Below, in pieces: positions 26,924 to 34,916 of a DNA stretch of 64,000 nt; position 1 is the first letter of the stretch; every line of letters starts with the position of its first letter. A program made the translations under genes and the position numbers. The stretch lies in contig DAIDJL010000004.1 of NCBI GenBank assembly GCA_027450205.1, positions 75,932-139,931 on the forward strand. Direction: 5' to 3'. The DNA is from Candidatus Parcubacteria bacterium. GTDB taxonomy: Bacteria > Patescibacteriota > Minisyncoccia > UBA6257 > 2-01-FULL-56-20. Below the pieces are notes generated by a model. The model was not told where the DNA came from, did no database searches, and worked only from the letters and a program-made list of their open reading frames with translations.

Positions 26924-27565
26924 TTACACGCCGCTTACTTTTGGTTTTAGCTTTTTATATAAGCTAATAGTGTTCACAAAAAGGTTGATTTTCTTATTTC
27001 TGTTTAAAACATAGACGTAGGCATTGCCCTCAACGAAGCCGCAAAAGGCGGGAGCAATTGGGGTTTCAATAATCTCAAGCTTTGCGGTTCCATGCTCTAA
27101 GGCCGTTGCAATGATTTCCAGGCTATTAGCGCATGCGATTACACTAGAAAGAATATCGGCATTTTCCCCATAGAAGGATTCCCACGCCTTGATTCCTTGA
27201 CTGAACTCTGGCGACTTGGAGGCTTCCTCTGCGTTAAAATTCCGCATCTCTAGGTTTGGCAATGAACCATGCTGTCTGCTATTGATTATAAGGCGAAAAC
27301 CATCGCTATCGGCTAAAAATTTTTCGAAGTGTCTTAGCTCTTCTATGGCTACAGTTTCTCTCGTAAGGGCTGTCTGTTTTCTCTGTTCGGATATTTGAGC
27401 GAGGGCGTAGATTGCGATAGGAATCAATGAAATCTGGGCGGCGGCTGACAGCCCGGCAATCCACAGAGTTACGCTACTGTTAAGCGCCACAAAGGTTACG
27501 ATGCCACATATTATCCCTACGCAGATTCCTACGGCAACCGCTCTAATCGTACTCGTCACATTCAT
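26924..27565 (-). CDS. Hypothetical membrane-anchored protein (213 aa)
   Basis: two N-terminal TM helices then soluble domain. Confidence 0.5.
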   Translation of the reverse strand: MNVTSTIRAVAVGICVGIICGIVTFVALNSSVTLWIAGLSAAAQISLIPIAIYALAQISEQRKQTALTRETVAIEELRHFEKFLADSDGFRLIINSRQHGSLPNLEMRNFNAEEASKSPEFSQGIKAWESFYGENADILSSVIACANSLEIIATALEHGTAKLEIIETPIAPAFCGFVEGNAYVYVLNRNKKINLFVNTISLYKKLKPKVSGV

Positions 27566-27635
27566 GCTTCAATCCTACGCCCATGTTAGAGTTCGTCAAA
27601 CTTGCGGATTTTTGCCTAAGGCGTAAGCTTTTGGC

Positions 27636-28013
27636 ATGAACGACAAGAAGGAGGAAGAGCAATACCTACAAGAAGATAAGGACCTTTTGGAGGAGCTGGA
27701 AGCAATCGGACCAGCCAGCACGGGTACTGCAGCAACAATGCAGGCATACAAATTCGCACGACTACAAATCAAAGCATCACTGCGTAGCCGTAAGACCTCT
27801 AATGACCTCATCCGGTCAAACGAAAAGTTCTCTATCGCGCTCATTGCATTCGCATTTGCTCAGCTCATACTTGGCCTTTTTCAATTCCTTTTTGATGCAA
27901 GCACGTCCACCCATCAAATACTGGGATTTTTCTACGCGATTATAGCGGCAGGTATGGTGGTTTATGTATTTATATTGGGGGATTTTGATTTAGAAGCTGC
28001 TTTGTTATACTGA
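27636..28013 (+). CDS. Hypothetical protein with acidic N-terminus and two C-terminal TM helices (125 aa)
   Basis: ORF + hydrophobicity. Confidence 0.45.
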   Translation: MNDKKEEEQYLQEDKDLLEELEAIGPASTGTAATMQAYKFARLQIKASLRSRKTSNDLIRSNEKFSIALIAFAFAQLILGLFQFLFDASTSTHQILGFFYAIIAAGMVVYVFILGDFDLEAALLY

Positions 28014-28203
28014 ACCTAGTTGTTGTAACGGATTTCCAGTGGGCGGAGTTTGCCCATAAGCTCTACGGAGGAAATCGGAACATCGATACTGGAATGAAGG
28101 CAAGCAGCCCGGAGCTAGCTGGTAGGGTAACGGCCTACCTGGGCGATGATGGGTAAAAATGGGGCGATACCGCGTGCACACGGTCGCCCCCTTTAATTTT
28201 TTA

Positions 28204-28221
28204 GCTTATGGATTGCCAGCC
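28204..28221 (+). repeat. DR2: GCTTATGGATTGCCAGCC exact
   Basis: direct reading; followed by terminator hairpin acagcttc/gagctgt + T5. Confidence 0.85.
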
Positions 28222-28323
28222 GAGAACAGCTTCAGCAATGGAGCTGTTTTTGTTATAAAAACGTGCTAAATTAAATCCAGCAGATTCTCTGCTAGAGCCA
28301 CAATCTGTGGTAGGAGAATATCC

Positions 28324-28830
28324 ATGGAAAGAACGGAACCAGTTATGGTCGTGCCCCCCGTGTATTTACTTCCATCAATCGGACTTTGGCGTTGGTGCAA
28401 ACTTGGGGATGTCTGTGACCTAGTGCCAAACGTCGCAATGCTGGCTGGGAATACCTACGCACCTTCACTTGAGGAACTAGTGAGAGATTTCGCCGCACTG
28501 GTCCGACACAACGTAGCTCCCGAAGGTAGCCCTGCTGAAAAACCACCCGGCAAAAAAATGTTTCGTTATTCGTTTGGAGGAGATTTGCGTGCAACTGAGG
28601 TGTTGAGTCTTGGGCAAACCAACACCGACCCGCCGTACGTTCAGTTCAAACTTGATGACCCATTGAGTCGAGATATGTTTATTCCAGAGGGCTGGGCGCG
28701 AGATGTACTCCGCGCAATTCATGGTGGAGCAGTTGCGGCAGTTCAATGGGACAATCGACTTGTTGGATTTCCCGAGGATAAACAAAAAAGACTCATACCC
28801 CTCGGAAGGGCGAGAACGACGAAGGAGTAA
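28324..28830 (+). CDS. Hypothetical protein (168 aa), islet C cargo
   Basis: AGGAG SD; ends before module M2. Confidence 0.5.
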   Translation: MERTEPVMVVPPVYLLPSIGLWRWCKLGDVCDLVPNVAMLAGNTYAPSLEELVRDFAALVRHNVAPEGSPAEKPPGKKMFRYSFGGDLRATEVLSLGQTNTDPPYVQFKLDDPLSRDMFIPEGWARDVLRAIHGGAVAAVQWDNRLVGFPEDKQKRLIPLGRARTTKE

Positions 28831-28843
28831 TATGAGAACGCAA

Positions 28844-28917
28844 GGGGCGCACCAGCAACACCGGTGCGCCCTTTCTCTTTGCCCAGTCCTCAATCCTCCG
28901 GTGATGGGGGATTTTTG
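28844..28917 (+). terminator. Conserved double-terminator module M2
   Basis: GGGGCGCACCAGCAACACCGGTGCGCCCTTTCTCTTTGCCCAGTCCTCAATCC ... GGGGGATTTTTG. Confidence 0.7.
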
Positions 28918-28918
28918 A

Positions 28919-28947
28919 TTGACTGAGCTGCTCAATAATGATATATT
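28919..28947 (+). promoter_or_regulatory. Sigma70-type promoter TTGACT-17-TATATT
   Basis: immediately after M2. Confidence 0.5.
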
Positions 28948-28976
28948 ACCGATAGTTCCAAAACGCAGGAGGCGTT

Positions 28977-29249
28977 ATGGCTATTGGACCGCACGATGTT
29001 CGTAAATTGACTTCGGATGAGATAATTCACGTCGAGCGTCTGGAGAAGGAAATTGACGCATGTCTTCGGGCGCAGAACGGCAGAAGGGGAAAGGAAGCGT
29101 CCTTCTCATCTAAAGAAATTGTAAATCAGACAGTTTTGGATGAGCTCGCGTCCCGTTACAGGGCCGCAGGATGGAAAGAAGTGAATCCTACGCTGGGCAC
29201 TGTGGGTTTTGCAATTCGATTTGCGAACCCCGCGGACTATCTCGACTAA
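28977..29249 (+). CDS. Hypothetical protein (90 aa)
   Basis: AGGAGG SD. Confidence 0.5.
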   Translation: MAIGPHDVRKLTSDEIIHVERLEKEIDACLRAQNGRRGKEASFSSKEIVNQTVLDELASRYRAAGWKEVNPTLGTVGFAIRFANPADYLD

Positions 29250-29261
29250 AAAAGGAGGCGC

Positions 29262-29555
29262 ATGGAAGAAAAGGGATGCATGTATCGTCGCGTAGAAATA
29301 TCGTCAGAGCGCGGGGCGATATTCAAAAAAGTAGATTTCCACGGCACCCTCGCCGAATACAAGACGAACTTTGCATTACCGCACCTTGCACTAGCGGCGT
29401 GGAGTATTCGAAAAGCGGGGTACATATTGGTCTATCGTGCCGTGGAAGAATTTCCGTTTCTGCATGGCATCTTCGTACCGGATAGAGTTTCCCGCGAAGT
29501 AGTACTAAATCGGGTACGAGCAAGCTGGGGTGCGACGAGCCAATTACAGGACTGA
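29262..29555 (+). CDS. Hypothetical protein (97 aa)
   Basis: AAGGAGG SD. Confidence 0.5.
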   Translation: MEEKGCMYRRVEISSERGAIFKKVDFHGTLAEYKTNFALPHLALAAWSIRKAGYILVYRAVEEFPFLHGIFVPDRVSREVVLNRVRASWGATSQLQD

Positions 29556-29628
29556 TTCAGAATTGAGATGGGCACATAACAAGGGCGCACCAAGCAACAT
29601 GGCGCGCTCTTTTTTTGCCCCAGCTCCG

Positions 29629-29646
29629 GCTTATGGATTGCCAGCC
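29629..29646 (+). repeat. DR3: GCTTATGGATTGCCAGCC exact, with upstream CTCCG extension
   Basis: direct reading. Confidence 0.85.
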
Positions 29647-29745
29647 GAGAACAGCTTCAGAAATGAGGCTGTTTTTGTTTATCACTGTTTGATTTCTTAT
29701 AACTATCATTCTAGAATCCAGACAGTAATCCCACGAAAGGAATTT

Positions 29746-30072
29746 ATGGAAAACACGCTCAAAAAAGGCATTGATTACGTCGGCGTTACGGTGGTTTATT
29801 TTTGCCATGACGGGAATGGCAGGTTTGTGATGGCAAAGCGTAAGAACACCACCCGTGATGAATTTGGGCGGTGGGATATCGGTGGCGGAGGATTGGAATT
29901 CAACGACACAGTGGAAGGAACCCTTCGCAAGGAAATCAAAGAGGAATATTGTGCGGACGTCTTGGATTATGAATTCTTGGGCTACCGCGATGTTCACCGC
30001 GAACATGAAGGGAAGCCGACTCACTGGGTAGCGCTCGACTTCAAGGTCCGTATTGGAGCTGTTTTTGTTTGA
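29746..30072 (+). CDS. Small Nudix hydrolase (109 aa)
   Basis: Nudix box GGGLEFNDTVEGTLRKEIKEEYCA; start set at MENTLKK (track ORF 29530 runs through DR3); stop lies inside a terminator-like sequence. Confidence 0.6.
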   Translation: MENTLKKGIDYVGVTVVYFCHDGNGRFVMAKRKNTTRDEFGRWDIGGGGLEFNDTVEGTLRKEIKEEYCADVLDYEFLGYRDVHREHEGKPTHWVALDFKVRIGAVFV

Positions 30073-30098
30073 CATATCACATATTATAAATGTATAAT
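30069..30098 (+). promoter_or_regulatory. Sigma70-type promoter TTGACA-18-TATAAT
   Basis: consensus hexamers. Confidence 0.5.
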
Positions 30099-30151
30099 AT
30101 AACCAGCTTTTAACGTCGAGCGAATATTCTGACTCCTGGAGGGTCGACACC

Positions 30152-30763
30152 ATGGTTCATCTTTTTCAGAACGAAATCTTTATGGGATGGCTGGCAGTAG
30201 CTATTATGCTTGCTGCCTATGCATCCCAACTGTGGAAAACGTGGCTCGGCCGTTCAGAGCCACATCCAATCGCATGGTTCGGATTCGGTCTCCTTACGGG
30301 GGTCGGTTACCTTGTCCAAATACAAGAAGGCGCGGCCAGTGGAAGCTGGGTTATGGGATTTACTTCCATTTTCTGTTTTCTCGTAGGCGGCCTGAGTATG
30401 TATAAGAAGCGGTGGCGAATGGCCGACTTTAGCAAATGGGACTGGGGAGCGCTTGTCGCAGGACTCCTACTTTTTGTGTTCTATCTGAGTTCAAAAACGT
30501 TGTCATGGGGACCATTCTTGTCGGCTATCCTCGCAACATCTGCTGATGTGGTTCTATATATCCCCATCTTCAGAAGGACGTGGTCACATCCCGTCAAAGA
30601 AACCGCGACTGCCTATGGATTGAACAGTCTTAAATTCATTCCGTCGCTCTTTGCTATGGGAGCATATTCCATAGCGACATGCCTCTATCCTGCAACACTG
30701 ATAGTTGTGAATGCATCTGTGGTGGTATGGCTTGTGTGGCGTCGCCGTATGGTTGCCGCATAG
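30152..30763 (+). CDS. Hypothetical polytopic membrane protein (203 aa, ~6 TM)
   Basis: GGAGGG SD; hydrophobicity. Confidence 0.5.
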   Translation: MVHLFQNEIFMGWLAVAIMLAAYASQLWKTWLGRSEPHPIAWFGFGLLTGVGYLVQIQEGAASGSWVMGFTSIFCFLVGGLSMYKKRWRMADFSKWDWGALVAGLLLFVFYLSSKTLSWGPFLSAILATSADVVLYIPIFRRTWSHPVKETATAYGLNSLKFIPSLFAMGAYSIATCLYPATLIVVNASVVVWLVWRRRMVAA

Positions 30764-30777
30764 CATTCTTTCATACA

Positions 30778-30851
30778 GGGCGCACCAGCAACAACGGTGC
30801 GCCCTTTTTCTTTGCCAAGCCTGAGAACCCGCGCGAAAGCGCGGGTTTTTG
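30778..30851 (+). terminator. Conserved double-terminator module M4
   Basis: GGGCGCACCAGCAACAACGGTGCGCCCTTTTTCTTTGCCAAGCCTGAGAACCCGCGCGAAAGCGCGGGTTTTTG. Confidence 0.7.
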
Positions 30852-30939
30852 ATTGGCGCGCGCAGGAAAGCTTCAATGGCAACATTATTGACGATGACAC
30901 GTTCTTCCTTATAGACTCTTAGTAGTCGAGGAGGCCGTC

Positions 30940-31371
30940 ATGACGCGACCACTGCAAAAAGAAAACCTTCTTTGGAAGATAACCGCATGGCTCTCGCGCA
31001 ATGAGCCGCACGGGCACGAATTTTCGATCTGGGTCTCTCCATTGTTTCTTAAAACAGCAAAGCACCTTTCGTATGACGAGGAGCGGCTCCAGGCCTCCGT
31101 ACGGGCGCTTGCCGAAAAGGCCGGCATGAAGGTCTCGCAGGGATGCCGATATCTCTCCTTCGGAACATGGGGGCTTCAGGCGATAGATCTGCTTGATGGC
31201 GGACGATGCTTCCATTTGGAGATGTCATCCGAAGGAGGATTTATGTATACGGGCGGAAAGTGGGCGACGCATAACATCGATCACGCCGGGGACCAGTCTC
31301 TCTTGATGGCCATATGGCTCTTGTGGGCGCAGTTCGTCGAGGCGGAGATCGGTGCGCGTGGCAGTTCATGA
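30940..31371 (+). CDS. Hypothetical protein (143 aa)
   Basis: GAGGAGG SD. Confidence 0.5.
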   Translation: MTRPLQKENLLWKITAWLSRNEPHGHEFSIWVSPLFLKTAKHLSYDEERLQASVRALAEKAGMKVSQGCRYLSFGTWGLQAIDLLDGGRCFHLEMSSEGGFMYTGGKWATHNIDHAGDQSLLMAIWLLWAQFVEAEIGARGSS

Positions 31372-31420
31372 ATGCAGCACGGGCAGCTTCGAACACACGA
31401 GGCTGCCTGTTTTCTTTCTT

Positions 31421-31437
31421 GCTTATGGATTGCCAGC
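31421..31437 (+). repeat. DR4: GCTTATGGATTGCCAGC (17/18), distal boundary of the array
   Basis: direct reading; flanking sequence differs from other copies. Confidence 0.8.
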
Positions 31438-31690
31438 AACGGGCATGTGCGGGAGCGGCAGGCGGGGATTCATGAAGAAAATGGGTAGCGGGCTCGTGAG
31501 CCCGCTACCCATGGTACAGCAACCGGTGGAACAATGAGCAACCGCACGAAGCATCCAATGCCGTGTATGCATATTGTCCTCCTTTTCCGTAAAGTAGTTA
31601 CTGTTAATTCCATTATAGCAGAGCTGTCAATAGGTAAAATACGTTCTCCGGTCAACTCCGGGATCAAAAGAAACGAGAAGTTACTAAGAG

Positions 31691-32632
31691 TTAGAACAGC
31701 CGCCAGCTAAAGAGTCCCCATTGCTTTTGCTCTTGCACTGCAAGTTCCTGGAGGCGATTCTGTTCATTCGTCATCGTTTGGATCTGGGCCTGAAGCGTCG
31801 CTTTTACATCCGTCGTTGAGCTTGCCTGATTGAGCAACTGCGTTATTTGCGTGATACGCGCCTGGTTCTGGGCAACTTCCTGTTGTATCGCAGCAGCGTG
31901 AACCGCATCGCCGCCGAAGAAGAAGTGTGACAATGCACCGCGCGCGTTGATGGCCTGCTCCGCATTCGCTATCGCGCCCGAGGAATCATCTATTTGTCCC
32001 GCGATCGCCGCTATTTGCGAACCATTATTTCCGAGCAGGTTTTGCGCGGCGATGAGCGCATAGGCCGCCAGTCGTATCTGGTTCTGATTTTGTATGACGT
32101 TTTGTGCGGCGGCGGTGCTTGTGCTACCGGTACTGGTGGCTGCCTGTTCCATCTCGCGTTCCCGCTCCTGTATCATTTGATGCAGTTGGGATCCGTTCTG
32201 TGCGGTAGTGGAAGGAAGCTGCAGGTTGATGCGCACCTGTTCCTGTTCGCGGAAACGCTCTTGCCCACCGGGGCTCGTTGTTGAGATCGTTGAGGTTGTC
32301 GCGCCCATGATCACGCTTGAGGTGGTGCTTTGCTGAATGCGATCACGATCCCTCGTTTGCAATTGGTCAGGTTCCGTACCGGTGTGCGTGCTTGGATCCC
32401 GGATCTGGTCTTGGGTGCGAAGCTGATCTTGGGTTCCCAAACCTGCGCCGGTATTGACCGCAGCTCCCGTCGTGGCGGCGGCACTTCCACCACCACCGGC
32501 CCCTCCGCCTCCACCGCTACTTCCTCCACCACCGCCCCCTCCTCCTCCGGCCGCCAGCACGATGCTAAAACCAGCGAGCGTTGTCGCCAAGAAAAGGATG
32601 TACCCGGTGATTCTTGTATTTTTTATGTTCAT
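31691..32632 (-). CDS. Secreted/anchored low-complexity protein (Gly-run, Gln-rich coiled coil)
   Basis: N-terminal signal/TM, G9SSG5AG4 run, QN-rich repeats. Confidence 0.5.
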   Translation of the reverse strand: MNIKNTRITGYILFLATTLAGFSIVLAAGGGGGGGGGSSGGGGGAGGGGSAAATTGAAVNTGAGLGTQDQLRTQDQIRDPSTHTGTEPDQLQTRDRDRIQQSTTSSVIMGATTSTISTTSPGGQERFREQEQVRINLQLPSTTAQNGSQLHQMIQEREREMEQAATSTGSTSTAAAQNVIQNQNQIRLAAYALIAAQNLLGNNGSQIAAIAGQIDDSSGAIANAEQAINARGALSHFFFGGDAVHAAAIQQEVAQNQARITQITQLLNQASSTTDVKATLQAQIQTMTNEQNRLQELAVQEQKQWGLFSWRLF

Positions 32633-32823
32633 TGTTTTGTTTTATAAGGAGGCTGTTGCCTGCCCGTTGATTGTTACAGATAAATATGGTGAAATATTAC
32701 ATTTTTCAGGATGGCTCCGGGCGTAACATTTCGTTTTGTATTGCGTATCATGTACAATATGGATATGTAGGGTTGTGTATAAAAGGTCGAAACGAGAATG
32801 AATAAATCAGTAAAAAAATAAAA

Positions 32824-34176
32824 ATGCGTAAATTATTTTCTTTAGGTTCGGCATTGATGTTCGTCGCCGTCGCGGGGACGGCAGTGCTTCCTGTTGCCGC
32901 GTCCGCACAAACAACGACGGCGAGTTCCAGTATTCAGGCGCAATTGGATCTGATCGCCAGTTTGACCGCCCAGATCCAGGCGCTTCAGCAACAGATCCAG
33001 GCGCTTCAGCAACAGCAGCAGACGGCGACCGCGTCGCTCGTAAGTTCGCTTTCTCTCGGTTCGCAGGGCGATCAGGTAAAGGTCCTGCAGGCATTGCTTG
33101 CGGCAAATCCTAATATCTATCCGCAAGGATTGATCACGGGCTATTACGGCCCTCTTACCGAACAGGCGGTGAGGCGCTTCCAGCAGCAGAACGGCATCGA
33201 TCCGATCGGCATCGTCGGACCGCAAACGCGTGCGAAATTGAATGCGGAGATGGAAAACAATCCGATTTCTTTTGAGGATGCGTCCGGAACGTCCTCTGGC
33301 TCCATTTCCACAAGTACGCCGACCTTCAGCGTCAATGGGGGCGAAGGGGAAAATCAGAATCAGAATCAGAACCAGAACCAGAATCAGAACAATGATCAGA
33401 ATGGAAATGGCGAAGGAGATCATCGCCAGATATGCGCCATAGTTCCTCCGGGACATTTGATCGCGCCGGGATGGTTGCGGAAAGGCGAGGGAGAGAATGA
33501 GACCCCGATCATCCCTCCGTGCCAGACGCTGCCGCCGGGCATTGTGAATCAGCTTCCGACATCGACGCCCGTCACTCCGACGTCAACTCCGACGACCACG
33601 GTCGCACTCGCGATCTCCGGCGTGGCTGCGTCCGTGACGACGAGCACCGCGACGGTAAGCTGGACCACGAACGCGCAGGCGAATTCGCAGGTCATGTACG
33701 GGACGTCCTCCGCGTACGGTTCGAGCACCGAGCTTGATTCCGCGCTTGAGACTTCGCATACGGAAACGATCACGGGGCTCGCAGCGAGCACGACGTATCA
33801 TTTCCAGGTGGTTTCCGTGAACGCGTCGGGTACGGCTACGTCCTCCGATATGACGTTCACGACGAATGCGCTTCCCGTAGTTGTGACGTTGCCGGTGGTC
33901 TCGGCAGTCACTTCTTCTGCAGCGAGCACGACCGCCAGCGTCTCGTGGACGACTAACGTTCCTGCGACGAGCGAGGTTTATTATGGAACGGCGAATCCGC
34001 TTGATATCACAAGCACGAGCACCGCGTCCGTAAGCACCTCCACCCTCGTGACGAGCCATACGCTCGCGTTGTCGGGTTTGGCCGCCAGCACGACCTATTA
34101 CTTCGTTGTTCAGTCAGCCGATGCCTCGGCGAACATGGCGACCTCTTCCCAGATGTCGTTTGTGACGACGCAGTAG
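32824..34176 (+). CDS. Secreted protein with peptidoglycan-binding domain and two fibronectin-III-like repeats
   Basis: signal peptide; GDQVKVLQALL ... YGPLTEQAVRRFQQQNGI PG_binding_1-like; two ~90-aa repeats (ATVSWTTN ... TYHFQVVS / ASVSWTTN ... TYYFVVQS). Confidence 0.6.
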   Translation: MRKLFSLGSALMFVAVAGTAVLPVAASAQTTTASSSIQAQLDLIASLTAQIQALQQQIQALQQQQQTATASLVSSLSLGSQGDQVKVLQALLAANPNIYPQGLITGYYGPLTEQAVRRFQQQNGIDPIGIVGPQTRAKLNAEMENNPISFEDASGTSSGSISTSTPTFSVNGGEGENQNQNQNQNQNQNNDQNGNGEGDHRQICAIVPPGHLIAPGWLRKGEGENETPIIPPCQTLPPGIVNQLPTSTPVTPTSTPTTTVALAISGVAASVTTSTATVSWTTNAQANSQVMYGTSSAYGSSTELDSALETSHTETITGLAASTTYHFQVVSVNASGTATSSDMTFTTNALPVVVTLPVVSAVTSSAASTTASVSWTTNVPATSEVYYGTANPLDITSTSTASVSTSTLVTSHTLALSGLAASTTYYFVVQSADASANMATSSQMSFVTTQ

Positions 34177-34206
34177 AAAAGATCGGTTGTGCGCAAGTGG
34201 CGCCAT

Positions 34207-34249
34207 CAGACAGCAAAAACGCCCCTTCTTGGGGCGTTTTTGCTGTCTG
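34207..34249. terminator. Strong hairpin terminator (19-bp perfect stem cagacagcaaaaacgcccc/ggggcgtttttgctgtctg)
   Basis: direct reading. Confidence 0.8.
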
Positions 34250-34322
34250 ATTCGTTGACAATAAAAACAATAAAGGCTAGTCTTTTTTTGTATTTTGTAC
34301 CTTGATAAGGAGGAGTTCGGCC

Positions 34323-34853
34323 ATGAACGACTATTTCCGCTGGTCTTTGTCTCAGGTCTTTCGTTTTGGCGATACGAGATCCATGTTCGAACTTGCGTTT
34401 TGGATCTTGCTGATTCGCTGGGCCGCGTTCTTTCGTTTTTTTCACCGCCGGGTGAGGAAGGGTCCTATCCGCATGTCGGCGGGGTATATCGTGTGTGCGC
34501 TCACGTTCGCGCCCATTCTGGAGGAAGTGGAATTTCGTCTCCCGATCCTTTGGTTTGCGGACCATGGAAAAATGATGGCGGCGATCGGAACCATATTCGG
34601 GTCGGCGTTCGTTTTTGGGATCGTCCATTTTTTTGAAGAAGTGCGATATGTGGATGGGACGAGGCCCCGCGAATGGGCTTCTATCCTCAATACGGCCTTT
34701 GGAGGTTTTGTGTACGGTTCACTCACGCTGCTTTCCCGATCTATCTGGCCGGGCATATATCTCCATTATCTATGGAACGGTTCCGCGGTCATCTATCAGT
34801 TCCTGCCATTGGAGAGGCAGCGGACCGTGGCACGATTGTTCGGCGAAACGTAA
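34323..34853 (+). CDS. CPBP-family (CAAX protease/Abi) intramembrane metalloprotease
   Basis: EEVEFR, FGIVHF, HYLWNG motifs; start set at ATG after AAGGAGG (track begins at TTG 34302). Confidence 0.7.
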   Translation: MNDYFRWSLSQVFRFGDTRSMFELAFWILLIRWAAFFRFFHRRVRKGPIRMSAGYIVCALTFAPILEEVEFRLPILWFADHGKMMAAIGTIFGSAFVFGIVHFFEEVRYVDGTRPREWASILNTAFGGFVYGSLTLLSRSIWPGIYLHYLWNGSAVIYQFLPLERQRTVARLFGET

Positions 34854-34869
34854 ACTTGTTCCTGTGGAC

Positions 34870-34899
34870 GGGCCCCTGATGTAGGGGCCCGCTTTTTTT
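34870..34899 (+). terminator. Rho-independent terminator gggcccc-tgatgta-ggggccc + GCTTTTTTT, immediately followed by TATAAT (34902-34907) 10 nt before pyk ATG
   Basis: direct reading. Confidence 0.7.
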
Positions 34900-34916
34900 G
34901 CTATAATGGTCCTATT

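Noticed and set aside
30052-30076. Possible sixth copy of the rnpB-derived direct repeat inside the last islet
   Set aside because: Only the terminator part (TGGAGCTGTTTTTGTT) resembles the sequence following DR2 and DR3. The GCTTATGGATTGCCAGCC core is absent, so it is treated as a related terminator and not an att repeat.
25813-31437. CRISPR array as an explanation for the repeated 18-23-mers
   Set aside because: The repeats are spaced 0.4-2 kb apart, the intervening DNA carries promoters and genes, and the repeat is the 3' end of rnpB. There is no cas gene context.
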